A stretch of DNA of 63,429 nt, the filler included, from Lenisia limosa (Eukaryota; Protista; Breviatea): the NCBI GenBank assembly GCA_001655205.1. It is 15 parts of 15 records of this genome, joined end to end, with 100 filler letters (N's around TTAATTAATTAA, not from the genome) between each part and the next. Parts side by side here need not be neighbours in the genome. Positions count along the whole stretch, not along the records: positions 25,024 to 26,206 come from LPNZ01005320.1; positions 26,307 to 27,642 come from LPNZ01001949.1; positions 27,743 to 34,596 come from LPNZ01011473.1; positions 34,697 to 36,491 come from LPNZ01007339.1; positions 36,592 to 39,066 come from LPNZ01005610.1; 10 more parts are not named here. The stretch is one strand, 5' to 3'. Every line of letters starts with the position of its first letter. Within the stretch, counting starts at the first letter, position 1. A program made the translations under genes and the position numbers. The notes under the pieces are model-generated. The model saw only the letters and a list, made by a program, of their open reading frames with translations. It was not told the origin of the DNA and searched no databases. Of the stretch, positions 25,256-36,864 are shown piece by piece.

Positions 25256-25345
25256 GCATGAGCTCTTCCCGCTTCACTCGCCGTTACTAGGGGAATCCTT
25301 GTTGGTTTCTTTTCCTCCGCTTAATTACATGCTTAAATTCAGCGG
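25256..25345 (-). rRNA. Isolated 5' fragment of 28S (LSU) rRNA, probable pseudogene fragment
   Basis: Reverse complement reads CCGCTGAATTTAAGCATGTAATTAAGCGGAGGAAAAGAAACCAACAAGGATTCCCCTAGTAACGGCGAGTGAAGCGGGAAGAGCTC, the conserved eukaryotic LSU 5' core (LR0R/ITS4 primer region). The flanks are not rDNA-like. Confidence 0.9.
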
Positions 25346-26072
25346 ATGCTTGGTTGGGTACATTTTGATGTCACATACTCCAATATGTAGGGCTTGGTTG
25401 GGGTATATTGGGGGGTGGGGGGCGTTTTGATACAGGGCAATATTTTTCGATATTTAGGAAAGCAACAACCTAATGATGTATATTGTTTGTATTGATTTTT
25501 GGACTGTATCGGATTGTTTTGGGTTGAAAGGAAGCGCATAATTATTAGTACCATAGCCATATTACCAGTCTTTCAATACTTACCAGTGTTTTCCAATCAT
25601 CAATACTACCAGAATAATTCCAAGCCTCTGCCAGCGTTTTCTAATCATCATTATATGTCATACTAATTCCAATTTCCATATATCCCAGTCTTTTCCAAGC
25701 CTAACTTACAATCAGTCTCGGCTGCATCCCTTCCTTCGTAAGACTCCCGCCCCTAAAATGGCCAAGGTAAGCTTTTTGGCCTTGGTGAAATTTATGAAAA
25801 ACGTCTGCAGTTGCAAAAAAATGACCTTTTAGTTTATTTGTCCATCACAATTTCACTGTTGTTACTTTTGTTACTTTTTATTATTGAACAACAGACGCTA
25901 TACCACGCCACTCCATTTTTAGATAGCCGCTTCTTGGTTTTTCTATTCATAATCTAATCTCTCTTATTAGAGTGATGGTGTGGCCAAATACAACCTTATT
26001 TGTATTTCTCATGGCGTTCATTATCTTGTCACCAAGTTCGAATGTATTTTGTGGCTTCCAAATAGTAGCATA

Positions 26073-26169
26073 GGCTTCATTTCGGTCCGAAAAAGACCGG
26101 TAAAAAAATCGATAGTTTACAAGGATTTATCGAGAAATTCACTCTTTTTTTTGAACCAAAGTGAAGCCT
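26073..26169. mobile_element. MITE family A copy
   Basis: ta|ggcttcatttcggtccgaaaaagacc...ttttgaaccaaagtgaagcct|ta. Confidence 0.85.
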
Positions 26170-26393
26170 TAACTATAGCGCTTTGTTGGCTTCACCCCAT
26201 CCTCCCNNNNNNNNNNNNNNNNNNNNNNNNNNNNNNNNNNNNNNNNNNNNTTAATTAATTAANNNNNNNNNNNNNNNNNNNNNNNNNNNNNNNNNNNNNN
26301 NNNNNNGCTTAAAGACGACCCAATTTCTCCCACATAGCAGCTGGCGATACGATGCTTGACCCCCTTGTTATACTAAAAAATGAGTATAACTTT

Positions 26394-26490
26394 GGGTTTC
26401 ACTTTGGTTCAAAAAATACCTGCAAAATATCGATAGTTTTCAAGGATTTATCGAGAAATTCAGTCTTTATTCGAACCGAAGTGAAGTCCC
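26394..26490. mobile_element. MITE family A copy
   Basis: gggtttcactttggttcaaaaaa...ttcgaaccgaagtgaagtccc. Confidence 0.85.
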
Positions 26491-27357
26491 CTTATTGCTA
26501 GATAATAGTGAAGTTGTTGGACTATTTACACACAGAGAAAAAGGTTTTTTCAACAAAACAAAACAAATAAAGTCAACCGCTGGATCTCTATGATCAATAA
26601 ATCAGCCCACTGATTGACATGAGGAATCCGAAATCTGGAGGTTATTGGCCTTCTGAATCACTGTCAGCGAACCCTATAATAGTAAGTCATAGTTGGAGCT
26701 ATGTAGAATGATAGTAAGTCATGGTGTAGTGTGATATATGATAGATAATATGAGAGAATGAATTGGGGGATTTATTATTAACTGGGGTACCAATAAGACA
26801 CACTTGATCCCCCCCCCACACACACTACCCAGATTCTTTCCATACTCACCCCCACATAGTATCTTGCATTTCGAGGTTATAATCCAGGGCCCTCACAGTA
26901 TCTTGCATTTCGAGGTTATAATCCAGTTCTTTGTCTTCCATATGAAAGTGCGAAGACTGAAGAACAATATCAAGAGTTCCCCTAAATAATGAGAACAATA
27001 ATAAAGAGTCAATATCAAAGACAAGGTCAACGCTTAATGGATAAGGGTAAATATTTCACAGTGGACAATACAGAGTATATTATATGTACCCTATAAAATC
27101 ATGGCATATAAACCTCCAGAAGACTGACATTGAAGAAGCAATGAAGTTGAAGTCGAGAGAACGGAAAACATCGACATGGTCAGCAATAATAGTGGCGTTG
27201 ACGCGATCCATGATAATCTGCGCGGAAGTCAGCCTTGCATTACGGTCCATAAACAGAGAGTTTAGTGACTTAATATTGTTTTGACCCGACAATATATGAA
27301 AAGGCATTTCATCCTTTGATTAAGATGGAAATTACTTTCGAAAACAAAAGGAAAATA

Positions 27358-27453
27358 GGGCTTCCCTTCAGTTCGAAAAAAAGACTGAATTTTTCGATAA
27401 ATCCTCCGAAACTATCGATATTTTAACGTTCTCTTCGGACCGAAGTGAAGCCG
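27358..27453. mobile_element. MITE family A copy
   Basis: ta|gggcttcccttcagttcgaaaaaaagac...ttcggaccgaagtgaagccg|ta; a partial copy follows at ~27510-27575. Confidence 0.85.
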
Positions 27454-27775
27454 TACTGATATTTCGTGCATGTGAAACAATTACAGCTTCATTTTCCGTT
27501 CAAAATTTTTTTGTAAAATATCGATATTTATCGAGGATTTATCCAGGATTCAGTCTTTTTGGAACCGAAAGTCAAGCTCAAGAACTTATATACTCTATAT
27601 CATATATTACTCTTAATGTGATACGCTATAATATATATGTGANNNNNNNNNNNNNNNNNNNNNNNNNNNNNNNNNNNNNNNNNNNNTTAATTAATTAANN
27701 NNNNNNNNNNNNNNNNNNNNNNNNNNNNNNNNNNNNNNNNNNTAGGGATACAAGCGACTGGCCTGGGCTTTGTTT

Positions 27776-27909
27776 GGAGTGATGGGATGTGGGGCTGCAG
27801 AAGAGTCTGGCCTGGGCTTTGATTGTTTTGTTTTTATCATCAGCCAACAGAGTTGATTTTTGGCTTTTTTTGTTCATCAATTTTTCAATTTTATTCCCCC
27901 CTCCCCCAG
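27776..27909 (+). repeat. Family C intronic repeat ending at a 3' splice site
   Basis: ggagtgatgggatgtggggctgcagaagagtctggcctgggctttg...cagccaacagagttgatttttggctttttttgttcatcaatttttcaattttattccccctcccccAG|exon. Confidence 0.85.
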
Positions 27910-30900
27910 ATGTTTGATTAGGCAAATAAAGGACCGAAGAACCGGAAACTGTGTGGATGCATCTAGCGCTACTGGCGGGCCTTTGTGGGGGGTAGCTTGT
28001 TTTCACTCCAGGTTTTATTCATTGTGAGTAATCAAGTTCACCCACACACAGAGAGAGAGAGAGAGAGACATAGATACACAGAGAGAGACACACACACTTA
28101 CAGAGCAGAGTGAGACACACACATATGATAAATGTACATACACTATATATAATATATATACATGTATATATATTATATATACACACACACACACACACTT
28201 ATTGTATAGCTTGGACAACCTTCAATGTGCCCCTGGTAGCATTCTGAATTTCGAAGACTTATCCTGCTCAAACTGTCATGATAGTGGGGGGTGGGGATAA
28301 AGCTTCATTTCGGTTCAAAAAAAGACTGAATTTCTCAATAAAACCTCGAAAACTACCAATATTTTCCCACGTTTTTTTGAACCGAAGTGAAGCCCTTGGA
28401 GTGGATCATGATAATGTTGAGGGTAGAACTGGAACATGTATATAACAAAAAGGCCAATAATGACAATCCATGAACATGGCTTTCAATTAATTATAATACT
28501 TTATTTGCATATGCAATTAGGAATTCCCAAAAAAGACCGAGTCTCCCGATAAATCCTCGATAAATATCGATAGGGAAGCCCAATATGATAGATATATGTA
28601 TTACATAGTTTTCTTTTCAGTGACCGGGATATGTCTTGACCGATTTTCCTTGGGAAATCATCAGCAAATCGGTCAAGACTTATCCCGGTCACTTTTTTTT
28701 ACTATCATGTATCACATATTGCATACAAAAGAACCCGACCACCGTCACAATTTAGTGTACAACGGGACCGGCATGTACTCTGAAGGGGGACGCCACTGCA
28801 AAGTGTGCATTAACGGCCAGACAAGTTCGGACACCGAATGCAACAGTTGTGGTGCAAGCCATTTCTGCTACGCTGGAATCGACAGGCCTGTTCCCCCCAA
28901 TACCTATTCTATGGATGGGGNNNNNNNNNNNNNNNNNNNNNNNNNNNNNNNNNNNNNNNNNNNNNNNNNNNNNNNNNNNNNNNNNNNNNNNNNNNNNNNN
29001 NNNNNNNNNNNNNNNNNNNNNNNNNNNNNNNNNNNNNNNNTTCTTCTACTCTACATTAAACAAACAATTCTTATCATCGGTTTTTCAAACGTTTTCTATG
29101 GGTTACGGTTTCATGCAAATCAATCGAACCACGGTGAAGCCCTACTTATATCACAGAAATTATTCCCATTTCGTATACGACTACTGTACATTAACAATCC
29201 TTACAGTTTTTTCCGATTATAGCACAAAAAACAACATTTCTAACTGTTTAGTACGGTTACACCTACTATTCCGCAGTATCAACCAATCAAAATGACGGGG
29301 ACTGTGACATGGAGTGCCCTAAAGGCTCTGCTAAGCTAGAATGTGACCATTGTAATGTTGGCAGGGGGGGGGGGGGGNNNNNNNNNNNNNNNNNNNNNNN
29401 NNNNNNNNNNNNNNNNNNNNNNNNNNNNNNNNNNNNNNNNNNNNNNNNNNNNNNNNNNNNNNNNNNNNNNNNNNNNNNNNNNNNNATATTCAATTTTTGT
29501 ATTAAATATCAGATGAACTGAAATAGTCTCTTAAAATATTTAAAATACAAATGGATAACATGTGTCTATCATTTTTGCGTCCCTCTTAAACTGAAATACA
29601 GCTTAAGATCCTTTGTTCTTCTCAAAGTGAAGGGAGGGCCAAAATAAAGGATTTGTAATTGGAGCCAGTTTAAATAGATGATAAGATATGACACATTTTT
29701 CAGCCACCTCATACCCCTCCCCATTTCTCTTATCTTACACGTCCTTCATAAAATCCGAATTAAATCCCTTGGTATTCCTCCAATCCCTCCCTCCAGATTT
29801 GCGCTAAGGGAACTTACATTGAGACTGAAGGGGCGTCATCATGCAGTCCAATTGGGGCGCACTTCTACAATAGAAACTCCGACAGCGAGCGATTTGGTAG
29901 GCGAGTATTGTCAGTATACAAAGGGTCTATATTAGTTACCTCAGGGGGTTTCTATAGGGTGTATTTAGTGCGATTTGGTGGAGGGGGAGGGAGGTAATGG
30001 ATAATGATAAATGGATAAAGAATAATGGTTAATGGATGTTTTTTTAAAAAGTAGAAAAAGTTGTGTGGACAAGGATGATATTTGCATATCTGTTGGCAGC
30101 CAACAAAGTTGATTTTGGGCTTGTTGAGATTTCAAACTACCCCTCACAACCTTTTGTACTGTGGATTAGTTTCTTTATTAAAAGGTTGGGGGTAATAGTT
30201 GCCTAGGGACTTATATCATATGGAATATAAATAGGGCTTTCCTACGGTCCCAAACAAGACTGTACTTCTCGATAAATTCTCGATAAATTTTATCGATATT
30301 TTAACGGACTTGAGTTGATGACATCCTTCTCTCTTTTTACATACCTTTTCCAACAATATTACAGGGTTTTAATAGTTTGAACAACATTTTGACCTTTGTT
30401 TGAGCAACTTTTATTGTCAGCAATATCAGCCCTCAGTATCGCCGGAGGATTATAATAGTTTAGAATTGAGTAGTCCTCAACACTATTGTCCAACAATATT
30501 GCCGAGCTTACAGTTTAGAGTGCAGCATTAACTGCCAGTCCTGCGATGAACGGGCCAATAAATGCACTACCTGCCAGCCCGGGGGATACCTGCAACCTGA
30601 TTACGTGAGGGGGGTTGGATATACAGAACGAGCTTCACTTCGGTTCGAAAACAAGACTGAATTTCTCGATAATTCCTCGAATATTATCGATATTTTACCG
30701 ATATTTTTCGAACCGAAGCCCTTCCGTCCTTCCATGTTATTATTTTTCAGGAATTCACTAATCTGACCTTTATTAGTCAAGCATAATTGTCAATTTCGCT
30801 CTTATGTACCACTCTTCACCCTCATTATTTTACAACCAACTTTAACAACCCATACCCCCATAGTCCTGCTACAAGCCTCAGGAATTCACCCCTTCATTCT

Positions 30901-33900
30901 ACCTGATTTGTCCTAATTAGTCAAACAAAATTGTCAGTTTTGCTCTGATGTACCACTCTTCACCCATTAGACCTGCTATTACCCTTCGATCCTCCCATGT
31001 CCCCCAGGAAGATACGAGATTTCTGGCGCGTGCGATTGTAAGATTGGAAATATGCAAAAATATGGCTAGAGAAGAAATAAAACGGATATTTGCTATGAGT
31101 TCTTCTACTTTGCTAGATGATTTCCCAAGGAAAATCGGACAAGACTTGTCCCTAGAACTGTATTTATAGCGATGAAAAATAAGAAAAATAAGGTTGTATC
31201 TGTCCGAAACCGTTCACANNNNNNNNNNNNNNNNNNNNNNNNNNNNNNNNNNNNNNNNNNNNNNNNNNNNNNNNNNNNNNNNNNNNNNNNNNNNNNNNNN
31301 NNNNNNNNNNNNNNNNNTTCCCCAAATAAGACCGTAGATTGATTGTGATCGGGGCTGTAAGACTTGCCAACATTTGAAACTAATGCCTGCAATACTGTAA
31401 TTGTGACTACCTCATACTCCCAATAACAACATGGATTATAAAGAATCTTAAATGCAGTAGTGTGTTTAATGATAGTTTTATTTCAGTAAAAGAGGAACGT
31501 AAACAACGATAGCAAAAAATGAGTATTCAATTGTAATATCGTATATAGGTTAAGAGTCTAGTTCAGTTCATCAGATATTTGATTCACAAAATAAAATCAC
31601 AATTCCTCTTTCTGAAATTTTTGAGCCCACCCTCCTCATCTCAGGTCAATTCCTTAACTAGGCTCTTTATGTTTCTTCGATATACAATAGGGCTCCATGA
31701 AGGGTAGGTGTTCTGAGGTTTAGCCCCTGACACAATCGTCTGACATGGTTGTCCTCCTGACACTGCAATCCCAGTTCCCAAATATACCAGACTCGCAATC
31801 TCCATAATATTCATATGGAATAAGAAATGGGTATTGAAAGGTTTTCTCAATCAGTCAACAAATAATCCATCCCGTACACACGATAGACGATACTCCCACT
31901 TACCTAAAATATGAGAGGAATACGAGAAATTCAAAATAAGTTACATATTTTGAGATTGTAACTAACATGCTATTAGTTTACATAACCTCGAACAACTGTG
32001 AAATATAACTGATAAGATACTGAAAATAGCAAACATTATTGTGAAATTATTGATAAAAGAACCAATTTGAAAATGAGACCGCAAATAGCACTGCAGACTT
32101 TGCCCCGAGCTGTCAACATTTGAAACTCTTGTCTGTAGTAATACTGTAATCATAACTCATTAACACTCCAAAAAACACACAACACTCTAATTACACCACA
32201 GTGTGTGACCCAAGCTGTAAGACCTGTCAAAATCAAGCCAGACAGTGCACCGAGTGCGTTGAAGATACGGTGAGGGGTGTGAAGATACGGTGAGGGGTGT
32301 GAAGATACGGTGAGGGGTGTGAAGGAGAAATATTATGGTGGGAGAGGCCCTAGGGAGGGTAAAATTGGAAAATTTATGAAACAAAAAAACCCCAAATCAA
32401 TTCTGTTGGCTGAAAACACACGAGTATTGATAACAACAAAACGAAAAAAGCCCCCGGGGGGGGGGGGGNNNNNNNNNNNNNNNNNNNNNNNNNNNNNNNN
32501 NNNNNNNNNNNNNNNNNNNNNNNNNNNNNNNNNNNNNNNNNNNNNNNNNNNNNNNNNNNNNNNNNNTCCACTAACAATAATCCAGCCAAGCTAACGTGGT
32601 AAATTGACCTTCCCCCCAGGCCTGGTATGCACCAATGTCAATGTGCATGGACACTTGCCCTACAGGTTTCTATAAGGAACCTTTTGAAACTTCAGCGTTG
32701 CGTCGGTGCAAAGGTGGGGGGTTCTAGGGCTTCGCTACGGTTCCAAAAACAAAGCTGAATTTCTCGATAAATCCTCGATAATTATCGATATTTTACCGGT
32801 CTTTTTCGGACCGCAGGGAAGCCCTGGTTCTAATATTACTATTGTGGGGGGATCATTGCAATAGTATTTCCTATTTACATTGTTTTTATCATATAACTTT
32901 CCATTTTNNNNNNNNNNNNNNNNNNNNNNNNNNNNNNNNNNNNNNNNNNNNNNNNNNNNNNNNNNNNNNNNNNNNNNNNNNNNNNNNNNNNNNNNNNNNN
33001 NNNNNNNNNNNNNNNNNNNNNNNNNNNNACCTTGTGTTGTCATACAGAGTTGATTTCAGCTTTTTCGTTTCATAAATTTTCAATTTACCCCGTTATTTTT
33101 GTTTGCTTGGAGTTTCAGATTATTTGGTTCGTGATTAGTAACTTTACGCCAATATTCTTCATCGATTTTTCCTTCGTTTTACTCCCCCCCCCCCACAGAA
33201 CAACCATCAGAACTGTCATTGGTGTCTATACTGCCATCCAACCCGGCGGCTGCAGGCACTACTGTTACACTGCAAATTCGAGGTAACCGTCCATTCTCTT
33301 AGTATAGTATATAAAACTAATCCAATTCGAGGACGTAAAGATATCATAAACTTCCTTCGTTTTACCACCCCCCCCCCCNNNNNNNNNNNNNNNNNNNNNN
33401 NNNNNNNNNNNNNNNNNNNNNNNNNNNNNNNNNNNNNNNNNNNNNNNNNNNNNNNNNNNNNNNNNNNNNNGATTTGGGCTTTTTTGTTTCATAAGTTACT
33501 CCCTCTCTCCCTCCAGGCAAGAACTTCGTGGCGCCATATTTGGACGTTGGCGCAAGGTGTCGAATAGAGGGCGTCTACGTGGGGAGGGCGAGGGGGGGGG
33601 TAATAATAGAGTCTATCATAACATATACTTCACTTCGGTTCGAAGAAAGACTGAAATACTGGATAAATCCTCGAAAACTATCGATATTTTACCGGTATTA
33701 TTCGATAATATATGAATATATCGATATACTATAAAGTACACGGCGCATCGACTTGAGATTCACTTCTAATATTAGGGAATCCCGCAAATTTCTTTAGAGT
33801 TGTAATATAGTTCCAACGTTTTCATGCGCCGTAGTGTATATATATCGGTTACTTTTATGACATTAAATAGTACAGCTAAATACATGTAAGTCGTACCCCC

Positions 33901-34596
33901 TGAGTGCGAACAGAAAATCCAAAAATGTCCCAATTTTGAGTTAAACTTGTAGAACAATTTATATGCATGAAAGATAGTATGAATGGTGCTTCCCCACGGT
34001 CCCAAAAACGACCAAATATCTCGATAAATCCTGGATAAATATCGATATTTTAACGGTCTTTTTCGGACCGCAGGGAAGCCCAAAGTAAGAACCTTGTTTT
34101 ATTTCTCATCTCTATATCGTCTAATAGTATCTGACTGTTTTAGTACTTCTGCAAATCCCTAATTGATGNNNNNNNNNNNNNNNNNNNNNNNNNNNNNNNN
34201 NNNNNNNNNNNNNNNNNNNNNNNNNNNNNNNNNNNNNNNNNNNNNNNNNNNNNNNNNNNNNNNNNNNNNNNNNNNNNNNNNNNNNNNNNNNNNNNNNNNN
34301 NNNNNNNNNNNNNNNNNNNNNNNNNNNNNNNNNNNNGGAAACCCAGGAAACCCTGGGGATTAAAAACAACAAAACCAAGTAGTACCGTCTCCATCACGAA
34401 TACAGTAAGGCTTCACTTTGGTTCGAAAAAAGGTCTGAATTTCTCGATAAATCCTCGAAAACTTGAAATTTTGCATGTCTTTTTCGAACCAAAGCCTAAT
34501 TGAAAGGATTTGGTTGTTTTTGTGACTATGGTGCTTCCATTGTTTTCCTCATACCATTCAGAGTCGATATTTTGCTGCAAGACACTGGGGCAACTT
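27910..34596 (+). CDS. Large extracellular protein: ricin-B-like segment, Cys-rich furin/TNFR-like repeats, IPT/TIG-like segment (partial, gapped)
   Basis: Exons give IKDRRTGNCVDASSATGGPLW; LDNLQCAPGSILNFEDLSCSNCHD; GMYSEGGRHCKVCINGQTSSDTECNSCGASHFC; CSINCQSCDERANKCTTCQPGGYL; CDPSCKTCQNQARQCTEC; CMDTCPTGFYKE; PSNPAAAGTTVTLQIRGKNF...ARCRIEG. Full exon phasing not resolved across gaps. Confidence 0.65.
28041..28200. repeat. Compound CA/GA/TA microsatellite
   Basis: Runs of (CA)n, (GA)n and (TA)n visible directly. Confidence 0.9.
28301..28395. mobile_element. MITE family A copy
   Basis: agcttcatttcggttcaaaaaaagactgaatttctc...tttgaaccgaagtgaagccc. Confidence 0.85.
28618..28693. mobile_element. 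MITE family B copy
   Basis: cagtgaccgggatatgtcttgaccgatttt...aaatcggtcaagacttatcccggtcact, near-perfect palindrome. Confidence 0.85.
30630..30721. mobile_element. MITE family A copy
   Basis: gagcttcacttcggttcgaaaacaagactgaatttctcgataattcctcgaatattatcgata...ttcgaaccgaagccc. Confidence 0.85.
31444..32005. repeat. ~560-bp dispersed repeat, copy 2
   Basis: Same orientation as 22300-22859, on a different contig, within the span of the Cys-rich gene. Confidence 0.9.
32261..32324 (+). repeat. Exact 20-bp x3 tandem repeat spanning an exon/intron junction
   Basis: gaagatacggtgaggggtgt three times; each unit contains ACG|GTGAGG. Confidence 0.95.
32345..32458 (-). repeat. Family C repeat, antisense to host gene
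   Basis: gggagggtaaaattggaaaatttatgaaacaaaaaaacccaaatcaattctgttggctgaaaacacacgag. Confidence 0.85.
32727..32824. mobile_element. MITE family A copy (subfamily 2 right end)
   Basis: ta|gggcttcgctacggttccaaaaac...ctttttcggaccgcagggaagccc. Confidence 0.85.
33030..33198 (+). repeat. Family C followed by family D, ending at a 3' splice site
   Basis: ccttgtgttgtcatacagagttgatttcagc...cataaattttcaatttaccc, then gtttgcttggagtttcagattatttggttcgtgattagtaactttacgccaatattcttcatcgatttttccttcgttttact(C)nacAG. Confidence 0.8.
33985..34081. mobile_element. MITE family A copy (subfamily 2)
   Basis: ggtgcttccccacggtcccaaaaacgacc...ggtctttttcggaccgcagggaagccc. A partial family A copy is also at ~33628-33705. 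Confidence 0.85.
34409..34496. mobile_element. MITE family A copy abutting a GTAAG donor-like site
   Basis: cagtaa|ggcttcactttggttcgaaaaaagg...ttcgaaccaaagcc|ta. Confidence 0.8.
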
Positions 34597-36591
34597 NNNN
34601 NNNNNNNNNNNNNNNNNNNNNNNNNNNNNNNNNNNNNNNNTTAATTAATTAANNNNNNNNNNNNNNNNNNNNNNNNNNNNNNNNNNNNNNNNNNNNAGTT
34701 GATTACAGGTTTTTGTTTCATAAATTGTCCATTTTTTTACTCCCAAGATTGACAGTAAGCAAGGATTCGCCCTCACTGACATGTCGGGCTAAGGCCTTCC
34801 ACATCCTTCGTCTAACTGACGGTCTTGTTGCCGCCCAAAGACCTTCAATGTGGGAGGGGCGATTTCTCGATAAATCGTCGATGAATATCGATATTTTACC
34901 GGACTTTTTAAGATCTCAGGGATTATATTACTATTTTATATATGCTAAACTTATATGGTACATATATTGCTAGTATATCATTTGCTCAGTGATATAATAT
35001 TGTTGTTATCAACCCTGGTGTGTTGCTGCTGCCAACAGAGTTGATTTTGGGCCTTTTTTTTGTTTCAGAAATTGTAACATTTTTACTNNNNNNNNNNNNN
35101 NNNNNNNNNNNNNNNNNNNNNNNNNNNNNNNNNNNNNNNNNNNNNNNNNNNNNNNNNNNNNNNNNNNNNNNNNNNNNNNNNNNNNNNNNNNNNNNNNNNN
35201 NNNNNNNNNNNNNNNNNNNNAAACACCTAATTCCCCCAAATTACAGAGGGTCGCGGACAGTCTCCCTCCTCGAATGCCTGTCCATCCCCAGCGATACATT
35301 CTTCAACAAATTGCCTCAGGAAAACCCCTCGAGAATGTCTATGGTCGTCGCATCCGGTGAAGGGTTGTCTGAGAGCAAGAAAAACAAAAATCCATTGGTT
35401 ATACACTCATTGCCCTAAGATATTTGGACTATACAAAGATACATCACTTCTTTACTTTACTTATTATGCTCTATATTTAAAAATAGTATTTAAGCGTGAT
35501 AATATGCTGTCTTGTTTTGTTTTTTTCTTTCTACATACATATTATAAATGTTCTTTTTGTTTCTTTATGAATTTGCAATTGATTTTCAAATTATTTTTGA
35601 AATTTGGGAAGAAATGGTACAAGAACGCCTTTTCAGACTTGAAGTTCGAAATTAAACAAATGTATCTGGAAAAAGTTCAGATTGGCAACGGGCTCTCGCC
35701 TTCTATTATATAAATTGAATGTAAAATAAGTTCTTCTTTTCTTTTTCATTGGCATACATGGTCAAGCCTGTCCTTCTGGGCTCGCTTGCTTGGTTGGCCT
35801 GGCAACTTGGTAAGTGAGAAAAGCAAAAGTGTGGTTATCATCGCTTGTATTCGAGATATGGAACAACAAATATTGAACAAACAACCTCGGGTGTCAATGT
35901 CTCAATTCCTCCTTATTACGTACTAAAGGGGGAGAAAATGACGCCCATAACAAAGAACAATCGTAGATGCATTCCTTCGAGATTCGGGGAACTCGCTGAG
36001 AGAACCTAAATAATCATCTCTCTGACTATCATATCACTTTTCTCAAGCAATAGTATCGTTTATCTAAGCTAATTGAGGAAAAATATATGCAACCCATTTG
36101 AAAGAAAATTCAAACTAAATTACAAAATTCACACCCACACATTACGTAGTTGTAATAGCACCAAACAAATCATCTTCAAAAAAAAAAAATAACCCGACAT
36201 TAATTGCAAAGANNNNNNNNNNCGTTATTTCACTTTTATCCCTGATTTTATTTACTCTATATATTTCCTTGTAATATGGTGTGGACGACTTCGGCCAGAT
36301 ACAACCTTGATTGATTTCTCATCTCTGGGAGACGGATTTCTCGACGATTACATCATGTAATCTGTCTTGAACTCAAAGAGAAGCTCTAATAGTTACTAAC
36401 AACCAGAAATTGCGCGAGCCCTCTCGGAGGAACCCCCAGAATCCGATATCGTTGACAAACCATCCAGCCCGAATGCTGATGTTGATAGTATNNNNNNNNN
36501 NNNNNNNNNNNNNNNNNNNNNNNNNNNNNNNNNNNTTAATTAATTAANNNNNNNNNNNNNNNNNNNNNNNNNNNNNNNNNNNNNNNNNNNN

Positions 36592-36672
36592 AAATATGTG
36601 TGGTTGTGAGATGGCGGTAAAATATGTGTGGTTGTGAGATGGCGGTAAAATGTGTGGTTGTGAGATGGCGGT
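36592..36672. repeat. ~28-bp x3 tandem repeat at contig start
   Basis: aaaat(at)gtgtggttgtgagatggcggt three times. Confidence 0.9.
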
Positions 36673-36864
36673 AATATTTGAGATTGCGCGTAGTAGTGTC
36701 GCACACACAGACACAAACAGAAACACACACATAACTGTATCCCCTCCCCCCCGCTACCAAATATTATATTATACTATTAGACTTCATTGTATTGTATGAC
36801 ACATCTACAAAATGCACATGTACAATCATAGTAGTATGATGATATATGCATATATAATCCATAC

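Noticed and set aside
28501-28692. Recurring peptides in the ORF track (DDFPRKIGQD, YLSRIYRE, QPTELI, MARYNL) suggesting a protein family
   Set aside because: They are translations of MITE families A and B and repeat families C and E.
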